DNA of 64,000 nucleotides from Octopus sinensis (Eukaryota), in assembly GCF_006345805.1 (NCBI RefSeq), contig NC_043001.1, positions 84,320,001 through 84,384,000 of the forward strand, given 5' to 3'. Positions within the stretch are counted from its first letter, which is position 1. Each line of letters starts with the position of its first letter. A model generated the notes under the pieces. It searched no databases. It was not told the origin of the DNA and was given only the letters and a program-made list of their open reading frames with translations. Positions 24,653 through 36,935 of this stretch are shown one piece after another. The translations under genes were made by a program, and so were the position numbers.

Positions 24653-24951
24653 GTGTCTGGGGAGAGTCATTTCCTTTTTGTGCCTTATAATGTAACACAC
24701 TCACCGGTAAAATTTCCACTTATTTCTTATCTTTATTTTTATTTTTACATGAATTTCCAGCACAGAATTAAAAAAAATTCCACATATTTCTTATTTGTAT
24801 TTTTATTTTTTATTTTTATTTTTACATGAATTTCCAGCACAATATAAAAAAGGTCCGAGACAATAAAAATAAAAATAAGAAATAAGTGGAAATTTTACCG
24901 GTGAGTGAGTTACATTATAAGGCACAAAAAGAAAATGACTCTCCTCAGACA
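24653..24951. repeat. Imperfect inverted repeat (~90-bp arms)
   Basis: gtgtctggggagagtcatttcc..ccggtaaaatttccacttatttcttat pairs with ataagaaataagtggaaattttaccgg..gactctcctcagacac. Confidence 0.9.
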
Positions 24952-25339
24952 CAATTGAGATAAGTGTTATTGGAACATCACTGAGAAGTTTAAGTATCTC
25001 GAAGTTGTGTTTAAGAGTGGTGGGAAGCAGGGGACTGAATTGGTTGCTAGAATTGCAGATGCTGGGACAGTAATGTGTCATCGCCAGCATTCGGTCCCCA
25101 GAAGAGGAGTCTTTAAAAACTCAAACTTGCTATCTCTAATTCTGTTTCTCTTCCTATCTTTACTTAGGGATATGAAAGTTGGGTAATAACCCAAAGAGGG
25201 CGATCGTGAATACAAGCGGTCAAAATAGGGCTCTTCTGAAGGATCTCAATCTCTAGGTTGATCCGCTACTTCTTCGCAATGACAAGTCATAGCGCCAATA
25301 ATAGATTAGAACATCGCGGTAAAAAAGCGGAAGATGTAT

Positions 25340-25760
25340 TCTTGGAGCCGCACCACAGCCGACCGGAGTATTAGGAGTAGGCCAAGGACGAGATGTCTGG
25401 ATAATATCTATAGTATCAGTTGGTCATGCTTGGGAATCCAACCGAAAAGTGTAACGACGGTTACTTATGAACTTCTATAGAGGAGCTACTCGAGAACACT
25501 GGCTTCCCTGATATGCGCAGTTTTCATTCAACGCATGGATATCCATAAGTATATCTTTAGGGCAGAGATCACTGAGAGAGATTTTTTTATCTTCTCGGAC
25601 CTTTTTGATTTTGAGCAAGACGTTCGTGTAAGGAGAGAGGCGGAACTAACAACTGATCCTTACTTAGTTTTCTGCAAGCTGAGACTATTCACTACCAGGA
25701 GAACTCACAAAGCCGAGTGGTCCAGTCCAATTTCTGGATAAACTGGGAAGCCAGAAATTG
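25340..25760 (+). mobile_element. RTE LINE fragments: ORF C-terminus followed by a second APE-end fragment
   Basis: PTG..GRPRTRCLDNI..SWSCLGI at 25340-25450; DFFIFSDLF..DVRVRREAELTTDPYLVFCKL at 25580-25690, similar to 23970-24050. Confidence 0.65.
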
Positions 25761-25761
25761 T

Positions 25762-26127
25762 GGGCAGAGAGCTAGCAGAAAAGTTAGCACGCCGGGCGAA
25801 AAGCGTAGTCGTAATTCGTCTGCCGTTACGTTCTGAGTTCAAATTCCGCCGAGGTCGACTTTGCCTTTCATCCTTTCGGGGTCGATAAATAAAGTACCAG
25901 TTACTCACTGGAGTCGATGTAATCGACTTAATCCGTTTGTCCGTCCTTGTTTGTCCTCTCTGTGTTTAGCCAATTGTGGGTAGTAAAGAAAAAGGTATTT
26001 CGTCTGTCGTTACATTCTGAGTTCAAATTCCACCGAGGTCGACTTTGTCTTTCATCCTTAATCCGTTTGCCTGTCCTTGTTTGTCCCCTCTATATTTAGC
26101 CCCTTGTGGGCAATAAAGAAATAAGAA
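25762..26127 (+). mobile_element. Family A SINE, head-to-tail composite
   Basis: Head plus body, then a second partial unit (ttctgagttcaaattcc..gaggtcgactttg twice). Confidence 0.8.
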
Positions 26128-26207
26128 ATTGCGGGCGGAAAAATGGATGGATGGATGAATACTTTTAAATGTCACTGGATCCAAAGTTCACTCATCTGTT
26201 CATCTGC

Positions 26208-26251
<44 letters not shown>

Positions 26252-27076
26252 ACACCAATTGCAATCTTATTTTCGTTATCTATCGATCTGTCGATATTTT
26301 CTCTTCTGTTTTCTTTTTATATTCATATACATTCATACATAACTACACACATATATATATATTATATATTTACACACACAAATATATATACATATATATA
26401 TAGAGAGAGAGAGAGAGACATACACGCACATACACAAACATACTCACACACATGTGGGTGTGTACAGGAATGTATGTACACATCGTACATCCTTGCGTAC
26501 GTTTTTTATGTGTGTGCCTGTTTGCTCGCGATGTGTGCATGTGTGTGTAATTTCTCTTCCGTGATCACATGTCTGTGTGCATATCTTACTCGTATCTCTC
26601 AGATTCCTGTCCCTATATGTCTTTACCTATGCAACTCAACCCTTCTCACCTCATAATTTACCACACCACCACCACCACCACCACCACCACTAACACCAAT
26701 ACCACTACTAACGCCACCAACACAAGCCACCATACCGATGATAAGACATACCAAAGCTGAAAACCTTTGCTTAAACAAGACAAGAGAAGCTTTTTCTTCC
26801 AATTTCACCGATAAGTTAAGTATATCAGCAAAAATAAAACATCAAAATAATTAACTAAAAAGAAAAAAATATATAAGGTTTTTTTGAATATAACGGAATG
26901 TAGAAAAATAGTGAGAATGCAAAAATAAAATAAGGTTAATAAACAAACAAGGTTTATTATAGACAGACTTCTATTGTGTGGAATGCATTTAGAATTGTTG
27001 ACTTGATCCCAGAACCAGTTTCTTTTCCTACAGTGAAGATTACATTTCATTATGTTAATTTACACACACGTGCGCG

Positions 27077-27109
<33 letters not shown>

Positions 27110-27735
27110 TCGCGTGCGTGTATACACACACACAGGCACGCATGCACGCTTATACACATGCATATACGCACACAAATAAGCATAAGCATACAAACATACA
27201 TACATACACGCATATGCTTACTTACCCACGAATTCGCTCAAACATACACATTTTCATGCGTGCATTCATACATGCATACATATATACATACATACACACA
27301 CACACACATATACACATATGTGTGCATATCATATGTATACATGCATGTATATATATATGTACATATATATATATATAAATATATGCACACATACATACAC
27401 ACACACATACACACACACACACATATACCTACAAACATATACATATGCAGATATAAGCATATACAGTCGCTGTAGTGTGTATACCACTGATAAAAATAAG
27501 GTTTATATCCTAATTAATGAGATGGAAAAAAAAATAACGTGGAAAACAAGGAACGCCTTTATAATAAAAAAAGCAGATAACTTAAGAACAGTTTATAAAA
27601 GTACAATTACGAATGTTTTGCTGTACAGCACTTGGTATGGCATATTTTGAAACTTTGCATACAGCAGTAATATGGTCAGCTATGCTGCCGACCAAACATT
27701 TAAAAGTAATATGGGGTTAGCTACTCTTTCTAAAC

Positions 27736-28063
27736 ACGTGATTCTCAACGCTTTTTTTTTTATACTTACGGACCACTTTGATTACTGTTCTGTTCTGCCG
27801 GACATCCATAGCCATTTGATGTTTAAGAATTAGTTTCATAGATACTTCTTTCAAAATTGCCATTTTTCTCACACCTTAACATGTGTAGCTTGGAGAAAGA
27901 AATTTAGAAGTTTCTTACAGTGGATATATCTCTAGCAAAGTTCTTTCATGGAAACCTTAATTGCGGATCCTCCATTTACTATTTTACTCGCGTGGGCCCT
28001 CAAAATCGCATATATCCTCAGCCCCATCCCTGGAGCTATGTAGTCTGCGATTGAGAATCACTG
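27736..28063. mobile_element. hAT MITE, older copy
   Basis: Termini (c)ACGTGATTCTCAAC ... GATTGAGAATCACTG; imperfect 8-bp flanks ttctaaac/gtctgaac. Confidence 0.6.
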
Positions 28064-28311
28064 GTCTGAACATACAAAATTTCCAAAAATTGGAAAAAAA
28101 ATCTATTTATGGCCACTTTAATGTGGATATCCAAGAAGAGACGTCGGTACTGCATTTAACTCTAATATCGGCGTCTCTTAGAAGACAGCCACATTAAATA
28201 GGCCTTAAGCAAAACTTTTTGGCTCGTATACTGCTTCTATCTCGAACAGAGATTTTCTAACGGCAAAAAAGACCATCAGCTGTAATTTCCATTATATCTT
28301 TTTTTAACACA

Positions 28312-28469
28312 GGCATAGCTTCGTGGTTAAAAAAGTTTGCTTTGCAGCATCATGGTTTCACGATCAGTCCCACGGCGCGGCTCTTTTGGCAAGTGCTTTC
28401 TACTATACCTTCAGACCTACGGGCCAATCAATAAGTGTGTGAGTGAATTTGGTAGACAGAAACTGGATT

Positions 28470-28470
<1 letters not shown>
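28312..28470 (+). mobile_element. Family C SINE head
   Basis: ggcatagcttcgtggttaaaaaagtttgc..cagtcccacggcgcgg..ttggcaagtgctttctactata..gagtgaatttggtagac. Confidence 0.65.
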
Positions 28471-28539
<69 letters not shown>

Positions 28540-28604
28540 GTAACCGCATGTGGATCGCTGGTGATTTTTTCCCTTCATCTTCCTTTCTTCATAAACTTTC
28601 TCCT

Positions 28605-28639
28605 GTTTCTGAAGAAGAGCTTTGCCCGAAACGTAAAAC
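28605..28639 (+). ncRNA. Minimal type-I hammerhead ribozyme motif within a PLE terminal fragment
   Basis: gttt-CTGAAGA-a-gagc/ttt/gccc-GAA-ACGT-A-aaac: stem I gttt/aaac, core boxes, stem II with one mismatch, loopless palindromic ACGT stem III, GUA cleavage triplet. Confidence 0.65.
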
Positions 28640-29244
28640 TACCTTTTTTTCCTTCACTCAGCGTTTGCTAATACCTTGCATGTACCGCGTCCTCGTGTTG
28701 TTTCTTTTTTTGTTGTGATTTGTTTTCTTAAATTAACTATATATATATACACACACACTTTTATTAAAGCTGCAAAATTGTCACAAAAGTTACCCCGAGT
28801 TTCACGTTCCCGCTCGTCGGCTAGTTGCGATAATTTTGCTGCTTTAATAAGAGCATATTACCTCTAAATGCCATTCTAAATGCCCGATATTTTAAACTAT
28901 CTTTTCAACTTCCCTGCGTGCGAAATATTCTTTTATTTTTTATAGAATATCGGTTCACTCGGCGCTTATAATCTAAAGCGTGAAAAAGTTACATTGGTCC
29001 CAGAAAGTCGCACGTCTGGATATTGATAAATGGTCATATGACAGAGTGGCTTCTTCAGAAAACTCATATAGGTTTTAGTATTTATAGGCTTACATTGAGG
29101 TATTATCACAATAACGAATATACTTATTGTATTAATGTGTGTTACTGGGATTGAACCTAGAGTTTCATGGACGATGCTCGGAAGGAGCATTAGATGCAAT
29201 TTTTTTTTTGTGAAATGGTTTAGTCAGTAAACATGACTTTAAGC

Positions 29245-29459
29245 CAGTGGTTCTCAACAGGTTTTTGCCTATGGGCCCCTTTGATTCCTATATAACTTTA
29301 CTGGACCTCAATGTTAAAAGAATCCTATATTTTTAAAATTAAATATTTGAAACTGCATAAAAAATTTCTAAAATATTTTATATATTTTAGAACGAAAACT
29401 TTAGCAACAGAATCTAATATGATCCCAAAGGCCATATATATCACGATTGAGAACTCGTG
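29245..29459. mobile_element. hAT (Charlie-like) MITE with 8-bp target duplication
   Basis: Termini CAGTGGTTCTCAAC ... GATTGAGAACTCGTG; CTTTAAGC lies immediately on both sides (29237-29244, 29460-29467). Confidence 0.85.
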
Positions 29460-29795
29460 CTTTAAGCTAATACTTCTTAGTTCAAGTTTTACGGCTCCCT
29501 GTCCTATAAGAATTTGCAGCTGACGCTGGGTATTTTGTTTGGGGTAGCCTTGGTGAGTGTGTTTTATTTTTATTGGGTGCCTTATAACACCTAGATTGAA
29601 GTCTTTCTGTCATCAATACTTAGAGTAAAATGTTACTTTTTTTCTGGCACACTCACAAACACACTCTCACACAAGTACTCACATAACTAGACTACTAGAA
29701 GAACGGGAACACTGACAACAACAATATCAACGAACAACAACCAAAAACTCTTCACATGCAAAAGAAAACAGATACATGAGTAGTACAAACAACAC

Positions 29796-29828
<33 letters not shown>

Positions 29829-30214
29829 CACTTATGATTTGTGAGTTTAGGTTTGCTGTCGGTTTATCGGTCTATCTGTATTCTCTCGCTGTTTTCCTTT
29901 CCCTCTCCTTTTCTCTCTCCCTTTCTCCCCCTCTCTCTCTCTCTCTCTCTCTCCCTCACTATCTTTGTTTTTCATGCTTTCCGCGTCGAAATAAAACATA
30001 TACAGAAAATCTACCGATCGAGGGCGGTGGATTGGCGAATCTATTAAAGAGGTGGACCAAATGCCTTACGCAATATATTCTGTCTCTCTGGTAAACACGA
30101 ATTTATGACCCTTTCTCCCAGTGTATATCTTTCCTTCTTTTTCTTTCTTTCTTTCTTTCTTTCGCACCTCTCTTTCTTTCACTATCTTTGCCATTCGGGA
30201 TCTTTTATCTTTTA

Positions 30215-30625
30215 TTTCTTTCAGGCGTTAGACTGCAGCCATATTGGGGCACTGCCTTCAAGAATTTTTAGTCGAACTGATCGCCCTCAATATTTATTCC
30301 TTTTAATCTTGGTACTTTTTTTATCGGTCCCTTTGCCGAAGCGCTAAGTTACGGGGACGTAAACACACCAACACTTATTCTCAAGCGGTGTTATGAGACG
30401 AACACAGATACAAAGATAACACACACAAACACAAACACACGTACATACCCACACACATATATACATGGCGAGCTTCTCTTAGTTTCCGTCTACCAAATTC
30501 ACTCACTAGGTTTTAGTCAGCCCTCGGCTATCGTAGAAAACACTTGTCCAAGGTGCTACACCATGAGACTGAACCCGGAACCTTGTGGTTCGGAAGCAAA
30601 CTTCTTACCAAACAACCACGATTGT
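30215..30625 (-). mobile_element. tRNA-derived SINE, family C, near full length
   Basis: Reverse complement: gtggttgtttggtaagaag..ggttccgggttcagtc..ttggacaagtgttttctac..ggtagacggaaact..(GT)n..gtccccgtaacttagcg..gactgcagc tail. Confidence 0.8.
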
Positions 30626-30933
30626 TTACAAAACTGTTGAAGCGTTGGGCCAAGTGCCATGCAGTATTTGTTCCATTTCTCGGGGTCTTGAAAATGATTT
30701 CTACAATGACACTGATACCAAACATTATCGGCCTTGACTTTTTACCTTATTTCGTTATCCGTCGTTTGCGTAAAGAAGCAAGGGACACTAGTATAGTTTG
30801 GACCACGACTAGTCTTCTACAAAACGACATTGCCCAAGCTTGCGTCTTGGAGAGGAAGATCCCAGTTCTGGAAACTCGCGGTCAGTTTTGACTGAATGAA
30901 AACCTAGTTATCTCTACCATAGATATTATGAAT

Positions 30934-31313
30934 CAGTGGTTCTCAACTGGGATCACTATGACCCCTGGGAGTTCATATAAGATTTAAGGGGTTCAAGCAA
31001 GCAAAATAGTAAACTGGGGATCTACTGGGTCCATGAAAAAATGTTTTATTAGTTGTATTTATTGCAAGAAACAGCTTGGTTTCTTTCTCTCACGTTTTAC
31101 ATAATTCAACATGTTTTCTGCCACTGGAATACGTTCTTTTAGAAAATCCTACTGCAAATTCCCACAAGTGAATGGGTGAAACACAAAATAGGAATTTTGA
31201 AAGAAGTGTCAATAAAACTAGTTTGTAAACATCGAAAGTCTAAGGAGGTTCACCGGAGTGAAAATATAAAAAAATGGGGGTTCTTAGGTTAAAAATTGGC
31301 CTAGAACTCCTAG
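30934..31313. mobile_element. hAT MITE with a degenerate right end
   Basis: Left terminus CAGTGGTTCTCAAC; right end only loosely matches (ggcctagaactcctag). Confidence 0.55.
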
Positions 31314-32633
31314 TATAAATCATAGCCAATAAACGTGCTCAATACGTTCTAGACAAACACTGAGGCTTTTATTAATCTGGTGATGCTCTACTGTAGTACA
31401 ATTGTTTCAATATAATCTAATATTTTATCCAAAGCTTTGCTGAATACATAACGAAGCTAGACGGGTATAAATACTGAACAAACATATGCTATAGATTATG
31501 AGGAAAGAGAAAGTTATCTATGTGTTATGATTTTGAATGGGTTGTTATTTAGGGAAACAGGTGGTTATACATGTACTGGAATGACGTCACTATGGTTTGA
31601 TAAAATATGTAGTTAGTCACTGTTTAGCTGATGTAAGGAAGGGCGAACGGGAATGTAGATAGAATTACGTGAGAAATATAGAGAGAAAGGAGAAGTGTGT
31701 GAGAGACGGGTGAGAGAGATAAAGAGAGAGTGAGAGAGAGAAAATCAAAGTGAGAGAAAGAGAACGGAGATATGGCCGAAAAGAAAGGTGGGGGCTGGAG
31801 AGAAGGTGTCTGTCACAAAAACGATGGACACGTGTTGCACGCATGCTGGGAGTGAAAGACCCTGAGTGAGCATATCATAATGGAAAAGCAAGGTGTCGGT
31901 TAAAAGGGCAGGGCTCGTGGGGTCGGAGCAAACCTGTCTACTTTTAACCTCATGTCGTCCTCATTGTTTGTTAATAACTTTTGTACCCCATTCGATGCTA
32001 TCATGTTTTTAAATTTTTAAGCAACTCATTCGTTATATATGACCCCCAGATTATATTGTACTGTCCCCTCTATGTACGTCTGTATGGATAATAATAAGAT
32101 TAATTGAGTTTAAAGATTTAGTATTTGGCCGAATTCGGTAGCATTTGGGAATGTTTGAAAATCAACGCTTGGGGAAACTGTGACCAGTAGGGACTTTCTG
32201 AATGGTACGCATAACTAAAAATTACCTTGAATATGTTAGTAGTGCAGCCCGCCCGATAGTGGGCCATGTCTTATGACGCTCACTGTTCGGGAAAGTTCGC
32301 CCTTGCCTGTGTAAGAATGATTAGATAGGGTTACGGTTTTAGTACTAGATATATGTACTATAACAACAACGAGGCACAACAAAATCGTGTACGCTACGAA
32401 AAATGAGAAACACCTATACAGACAATACTATACACATACAATAACAAACAACTTTGGTCTCTTCACTGTGTATAGCTGTATTTCTCTCCCCCACCTCTCT
32501 TTCGCTCCTTCTCTCTCTCTCTCTCCTCTCTCTCTCTCTGTGTCCCTCTGTTACAACCCCTCCCTCTCTCTTGCTCGCTCCCTTTCTTTCACTCACTCAT
32601 CTTGTTTTTGCTAGTTTTATTTACGGCGAAAAA

Positions 32634-33755
32634 GGCGGCGAGCTGGCAGAAACGTCATCACGCCGGGCGAAATACGTAACCGTATTTCGTCTGCCGTTAC
32701 ATTCTGAGTTCAAATTCCGCCGAGGTCGACTTTGCCTTTCATATTTTCGGGGTCGATAAATTATGTACCAGTTATGCACTGGGGTCGATGTAATCGACTT
32801 AATCCGTTTGTCTGTCCTTGTTTGTCCCCTCTGTGCTTAGCCCCTTGGGGGTAATAAAGAAATAGGTATATCGTCTGTCGTTACGTTCTGAGTTCAAATT
32901 CCGCCGAGGTCGACTTCGCTTTTAATCCTTTCGGAGTCGATAAATTAAGTACCAGTTGCGAACTGGGGTCGATCTAATCGATTGGCCACCCTCCCCCAAA
33001 AGTTCTGGTATTTTGCCTAGAGTATAAAAGAATCGTTAGCACGCTAGGCGAAATGCTTAGCATCATTTCATCCGTCTTTACGTTCTGAGTTCAAATTCTG
33101 CAGTGGACGACTTTGACTCTCATCCTTTCGGGGTCGATTAAATAAGCACCAGTTATGTAATGAACCTGCTGTCATTGACGAGCCCGCTACTCCAGATCTC
33201 AGGCTATACCAGAAAGGATTATTTAAGACAAAGAAGGCAGCGTGCTGGCAGAATCGTTACCAAGCCAGACAAACGGTTAGCAGCGTATTTTCTGGCTTTA
33301 TGTTCAGAGTTCGAATTCCGCCAAGGCTGACTTTGTCTTTCATTTTTTCAGTGTCGATAAAATAAGTACCAGTTGAGCAGTGGATGCAATGCAATCAACT
33401 TACTTCCTCCGCACCCCACAAAAAATCTTAGGCCTTGTACCTATAGTGTTGTTGCTTGTTCCTTCTCGGGCCATGCCTAGCCCATAAGGGCCGGTTTCCT
33501 GATTTCATTGGCGTATAGGTTCCCCACCTGGATGGGACATGAGTCCGTTGCAGGTGAGCTGCAAGATGCAGGTGAAAGAGTGAGAAGAAGTTCGCCATTA
33601 CCTTCTGCCGGATCCGCATGGAGCTTAGGTGTTTCGCGAATAAACATACACATCACCCGCTCTGAGATTCGAACCCGCGATTCCTCGGCCTTGAATCCGC
33701 TGCTCTAACCACTGGGCCATATGCCTCAACTCTACTTATAGTAGAAAGGATTATT
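32634..33755 (+). mobile_element. Cluster of four family A SINE units, the last interrupted by a family D SINE
   Basis: ttc(t/a)gagttc(a/g)aatt B-box at ~32702, 32887, 33084, 33304; tail resumes after 33733. Confidence 0.8.
33448..33732 (-). mobile_element. tRNA-derived SINE, family D, with 10-bp target duplication
   Basis: Head GGCATATGGCCCAGTGGTTAGAGCAGCGG..GGGTTCGAATCTC; tail ends (CAA)n-like; flanks TACCTATAGT / TACTTATAGT. Confidence 0.8.
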
Positions 33756-34017
33756 TAAGATTATGAAGAGTAACCAACGAGTTTTCTTTGTCTATTCTTT
33801 TAGTCAGAAGGAAGTCACTGCCAATGATACGTTGCAGGGCTCCCGGAACTGCTAGGAAGAAGATATCCTGAACCCAAAGCCATCCTCGAACACTTACTAG
33901 AGAGTGGACTCAAATAAAGGCACTCTAAGGGAAACGTGGTAGTGTTAAACCGTATGATGGGTTTAGTATACCAGCTAAGTTAGCCATAGTAGGATTTGAG
34001 CTCAGGATATAAAGAGT

Positions 34018-34255
34018 GGAGGCGCGTGGCTTAGTGGTTAGGGTGTTGGCACCATGATTATGGTTTCGATTCCTGGACCGGGCGACGCGTTGTGTTCTTG
34101 AGCAAATCATTTCATTTCATGTTGCTCCAGTCCACTCAGCTGGCAAAAATGAGTAACGCTGCGATTGACTGGCGTCCTGTCCAGCTGGGGAACACATACG
34201 CCATAGAAACCGGGAAACCGGGCCCATGAACCTGGCTAGGCTTTAAAAAAGGGCG
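34018..34255 (+). mobile_element. Family B SINE
   Basis: Same head and core as 19811; tail gaaaccgggaaaccgggcccatga. Confidence 0.8.
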
Positions 34256-34341
34256 CATTTATTAGTTATTTATAAATACCAGAAGGCGATCAGTAGGCAA
34301 TATTTACAGTTCGTTCTCAACGGACAGAAGTGTTATTTTAC

Positions 34342-34565
34342 CTATCGATATTGAAAGGGAATATGAAGGTTCGTGACCTGGTGGTAATGCATTGGAGTGT
34401 ACTTTACTTATCGATATTGAAAGAGAATAATGACAGCGCGTGATCTGGTGGTAGCGTATTGGAGTGATGCATTACTTATCGATATTGAAAGAGAATTATG
34501 AAGGAGCGTGACCTGGTGGTAGTGTATTGGCGTGATACTTTACTCATCGATACCGAAAGGGAATG
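34342..34565. repeat. ~67-bp minisatellite, ~3.3 copies
   Basis: atcgata(tt/cc)gaaag recurs at 34344, 34410, 34478, 34546. Confidence 0.9.
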
Positions 34566-35104
34566 GAAGTCATTGGTAGGCTCGGAGCTACAGTTTTGAA
34601 GACGCTTATTCTAGGTGCCACGCGATGGCACTGAACACGAATCCACTTGTGTGCAAAGTGAGCTTCTTAACCACACACCTATGCCCCTAACTATGACCCA
34701 CGCCAGTGCCTATTCATTTGATTTAATTTATTTTTTGAGTAACTCATGAGTCATGTTAAAACTTTGTACTATAAATTTCGTCATAAAGACAACATATATA
34801 CACAAGTGGCGTGGGATTTTATAAATTGCCCTTTTCTCCTTTTCCAGTTTCACTCTTTCTTTGTATGCATACAGACACACACACACACACACATGTAAAT
34901 ATAACATCTGGTTCCGTCGTACGCAGAGAAGAGATACATTCTTTTCAGTAGACAAAATATCATTAATTTAAAGACAGTTTTAATCTATTTCTGCAGAAAT
35001 AGAAACAAAATCTCAAATAGATAACACCTCCACATCCAAATTCCATCGCAAAAACCCAAATTTGCAATCTATATCCTACAACTAGACTCATTCATATCTG
35101 TCTG

Positions 35105-35179
<75 letters not shown>

Positions 35180-35334
35180 CACTCGGTCTCTGTCTGTCTG
35201 TCTGTATCTCTCGCTCTCTCTCTCTCTCTCTCTCAATATATATATATATATTTCAATAATTGAGGGTAAAATTAATTAATTAATCAATTTCACCAAGTAT
35301 TCAGTATGCAAAGGGACCATTTAAGGCGAATTCA

Positions 35335-35530
35335 AATTATTACATTATATAAAAGGGCTTAGTAAAATAAATTACTTTGCCGCATACTGAACTCATTAGA
35401 AATAGCAGCTAAAAAAACTTTTTTAAAAGTATTAGAAATAGTTTTAAAAAAGTTTTTTTAGCTGCTATTTCTAATGAGTTCAGTATGCGGCAAAGTAATT
35501 TATTTTACTAAGCCCTTTTATATAATGTAA

Positions 35531-35535
<5 letters not shown>
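35335..35535. repeat. Perfect inverted repeat (94-bp arms, 13-bp spacer)
   Basis: 35335-35428 is the reverse complement of 35442-35535. Confidence 0.95.
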
Positions 35536-35575
<40 letters not shown>

Positions 35576-36139
35576 TATACATACATAGATAGTTAGATAG
35601 ATACAGGATAATTATTTTATATGTATATATATATATGATACTCAATATATATTATGTTATATACCTGTTACATATATGTATGTGTGTATATTATATAATT
35701 ATTAGCGACAAAACAAGTTTTAATCTCAAAAGGCAATCTTTATATGCAGTTTAATGTGATGTTTTGCTAAAACGCTGAATGCTACGATATTTACCTTGGG
35801 AGGACCTATCCTAACAACACACGGCTTAACGCTACCACCTTTCATTTTGATTACCTTTATTTGAGTCCACTCTCTAATAAGTATTCGGGCATGGGTCTCG
35901 GCAGATGAGAATCGTCTGTTGCTGGCGCCGGAACTGCGAGATCGCGTGATTTCGGCGTACACTATTTCTTCAGTGACAGCTGTCCGCTAGCCGCATACCA
36001 GCCAAATCTCACTGCTCTCATGTACAATTCCGGCGACTTTTCCTGGTATTTATGTAGCAAATAACCAGTAGGCTTATTAAGAAATTGTTATGAGCGACAG
36101 AAGCAGTATTAATACCAATATACAATATCTATTTCTAAC

Positions 36140-36360
36140 TCAAGGCAACGAGCTGGTAGAACTGTTAGCACGCCGGACAAAATGCTTAGCGGCATTTCGT
36201 CTGTCTTTACATTATAAGTTCAAGTCCCACCGAAGTCAACATTGCTTATCCCCTTTTCGGAGTCGGTGATAAAATAAGTACCATTTAAGTACTGTGATCG
36301 CTAAAGTCGACTTACTCCCTTCCCCGAAATTAATGACCTAGTACCAAACCTTTGAAATCA
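36140..36360 (+). mobile_element. Family A SINE
   Basis: ggcaacgagctggtagaactgttagcacgccggacaaaatgcttagcggcatttcgtctg.. Confidence 0.75.
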
Positions 36361-36935
36361 ATATTTATATCCAGCCTGACGTGAATGTTTTATGACGAGC
36401 TTCCATAGTTTCTGCCTACGAATTTCACTAATAAGGCATTGGTCGGTCTTATGACTTTAATAGATGATTCTTATCCAAAATGCTACGCAGTGGCAAAACA
36501 CTTCTGCTCTCGAAACCACGTCATTGCAAAGCGAACTTCTTAACCATTAAGCCATGATTATACTAATTCGAATTTTTATTGCCTTACAATAAATTTGGTT
36601 TCGATATCAGGATCATGATAAAGAAGTTTCGGGACTAATGCAGCAGTTAAAACTGAAAATAATGTATAGGTTTATATATTGTGTACCTGGGTTTTATGAA
36701 AGTGTTGGTGATGGTCGATAATTGGATTTTTCGCTTTTATATTGCTTATATTTTTGATTCTTTGGTTTATAGGGTAGGTGTGTAGGTAAGATTTAAATAT
36801 TTGTATGTGTATATGTTAGAGTGCACCAATGAAAGAGGATAGAAGTTTGTGCGTTGGAATCGCTGACGAGGAGGGATAGTGATTAAAAGCTAAATATATT
36901 TTTGACTATAAATTTTAAGAACATCGTTTCAAATA

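Noticed and set aside
6862-31595. Two AATGACGTCACT (CRE-like) sites near 6870 and 31582 as regulatory elements
   Set aside because: Short palindromes with no nearby gene start; not distinguishable from chance or repeat-borne copies.
33660-33732. Functional tRNA gene (also at other SINE heads)
   Set aside because: A and B boxes are present but the acceptor stem does not close and each head runs into a repeated SINE body.
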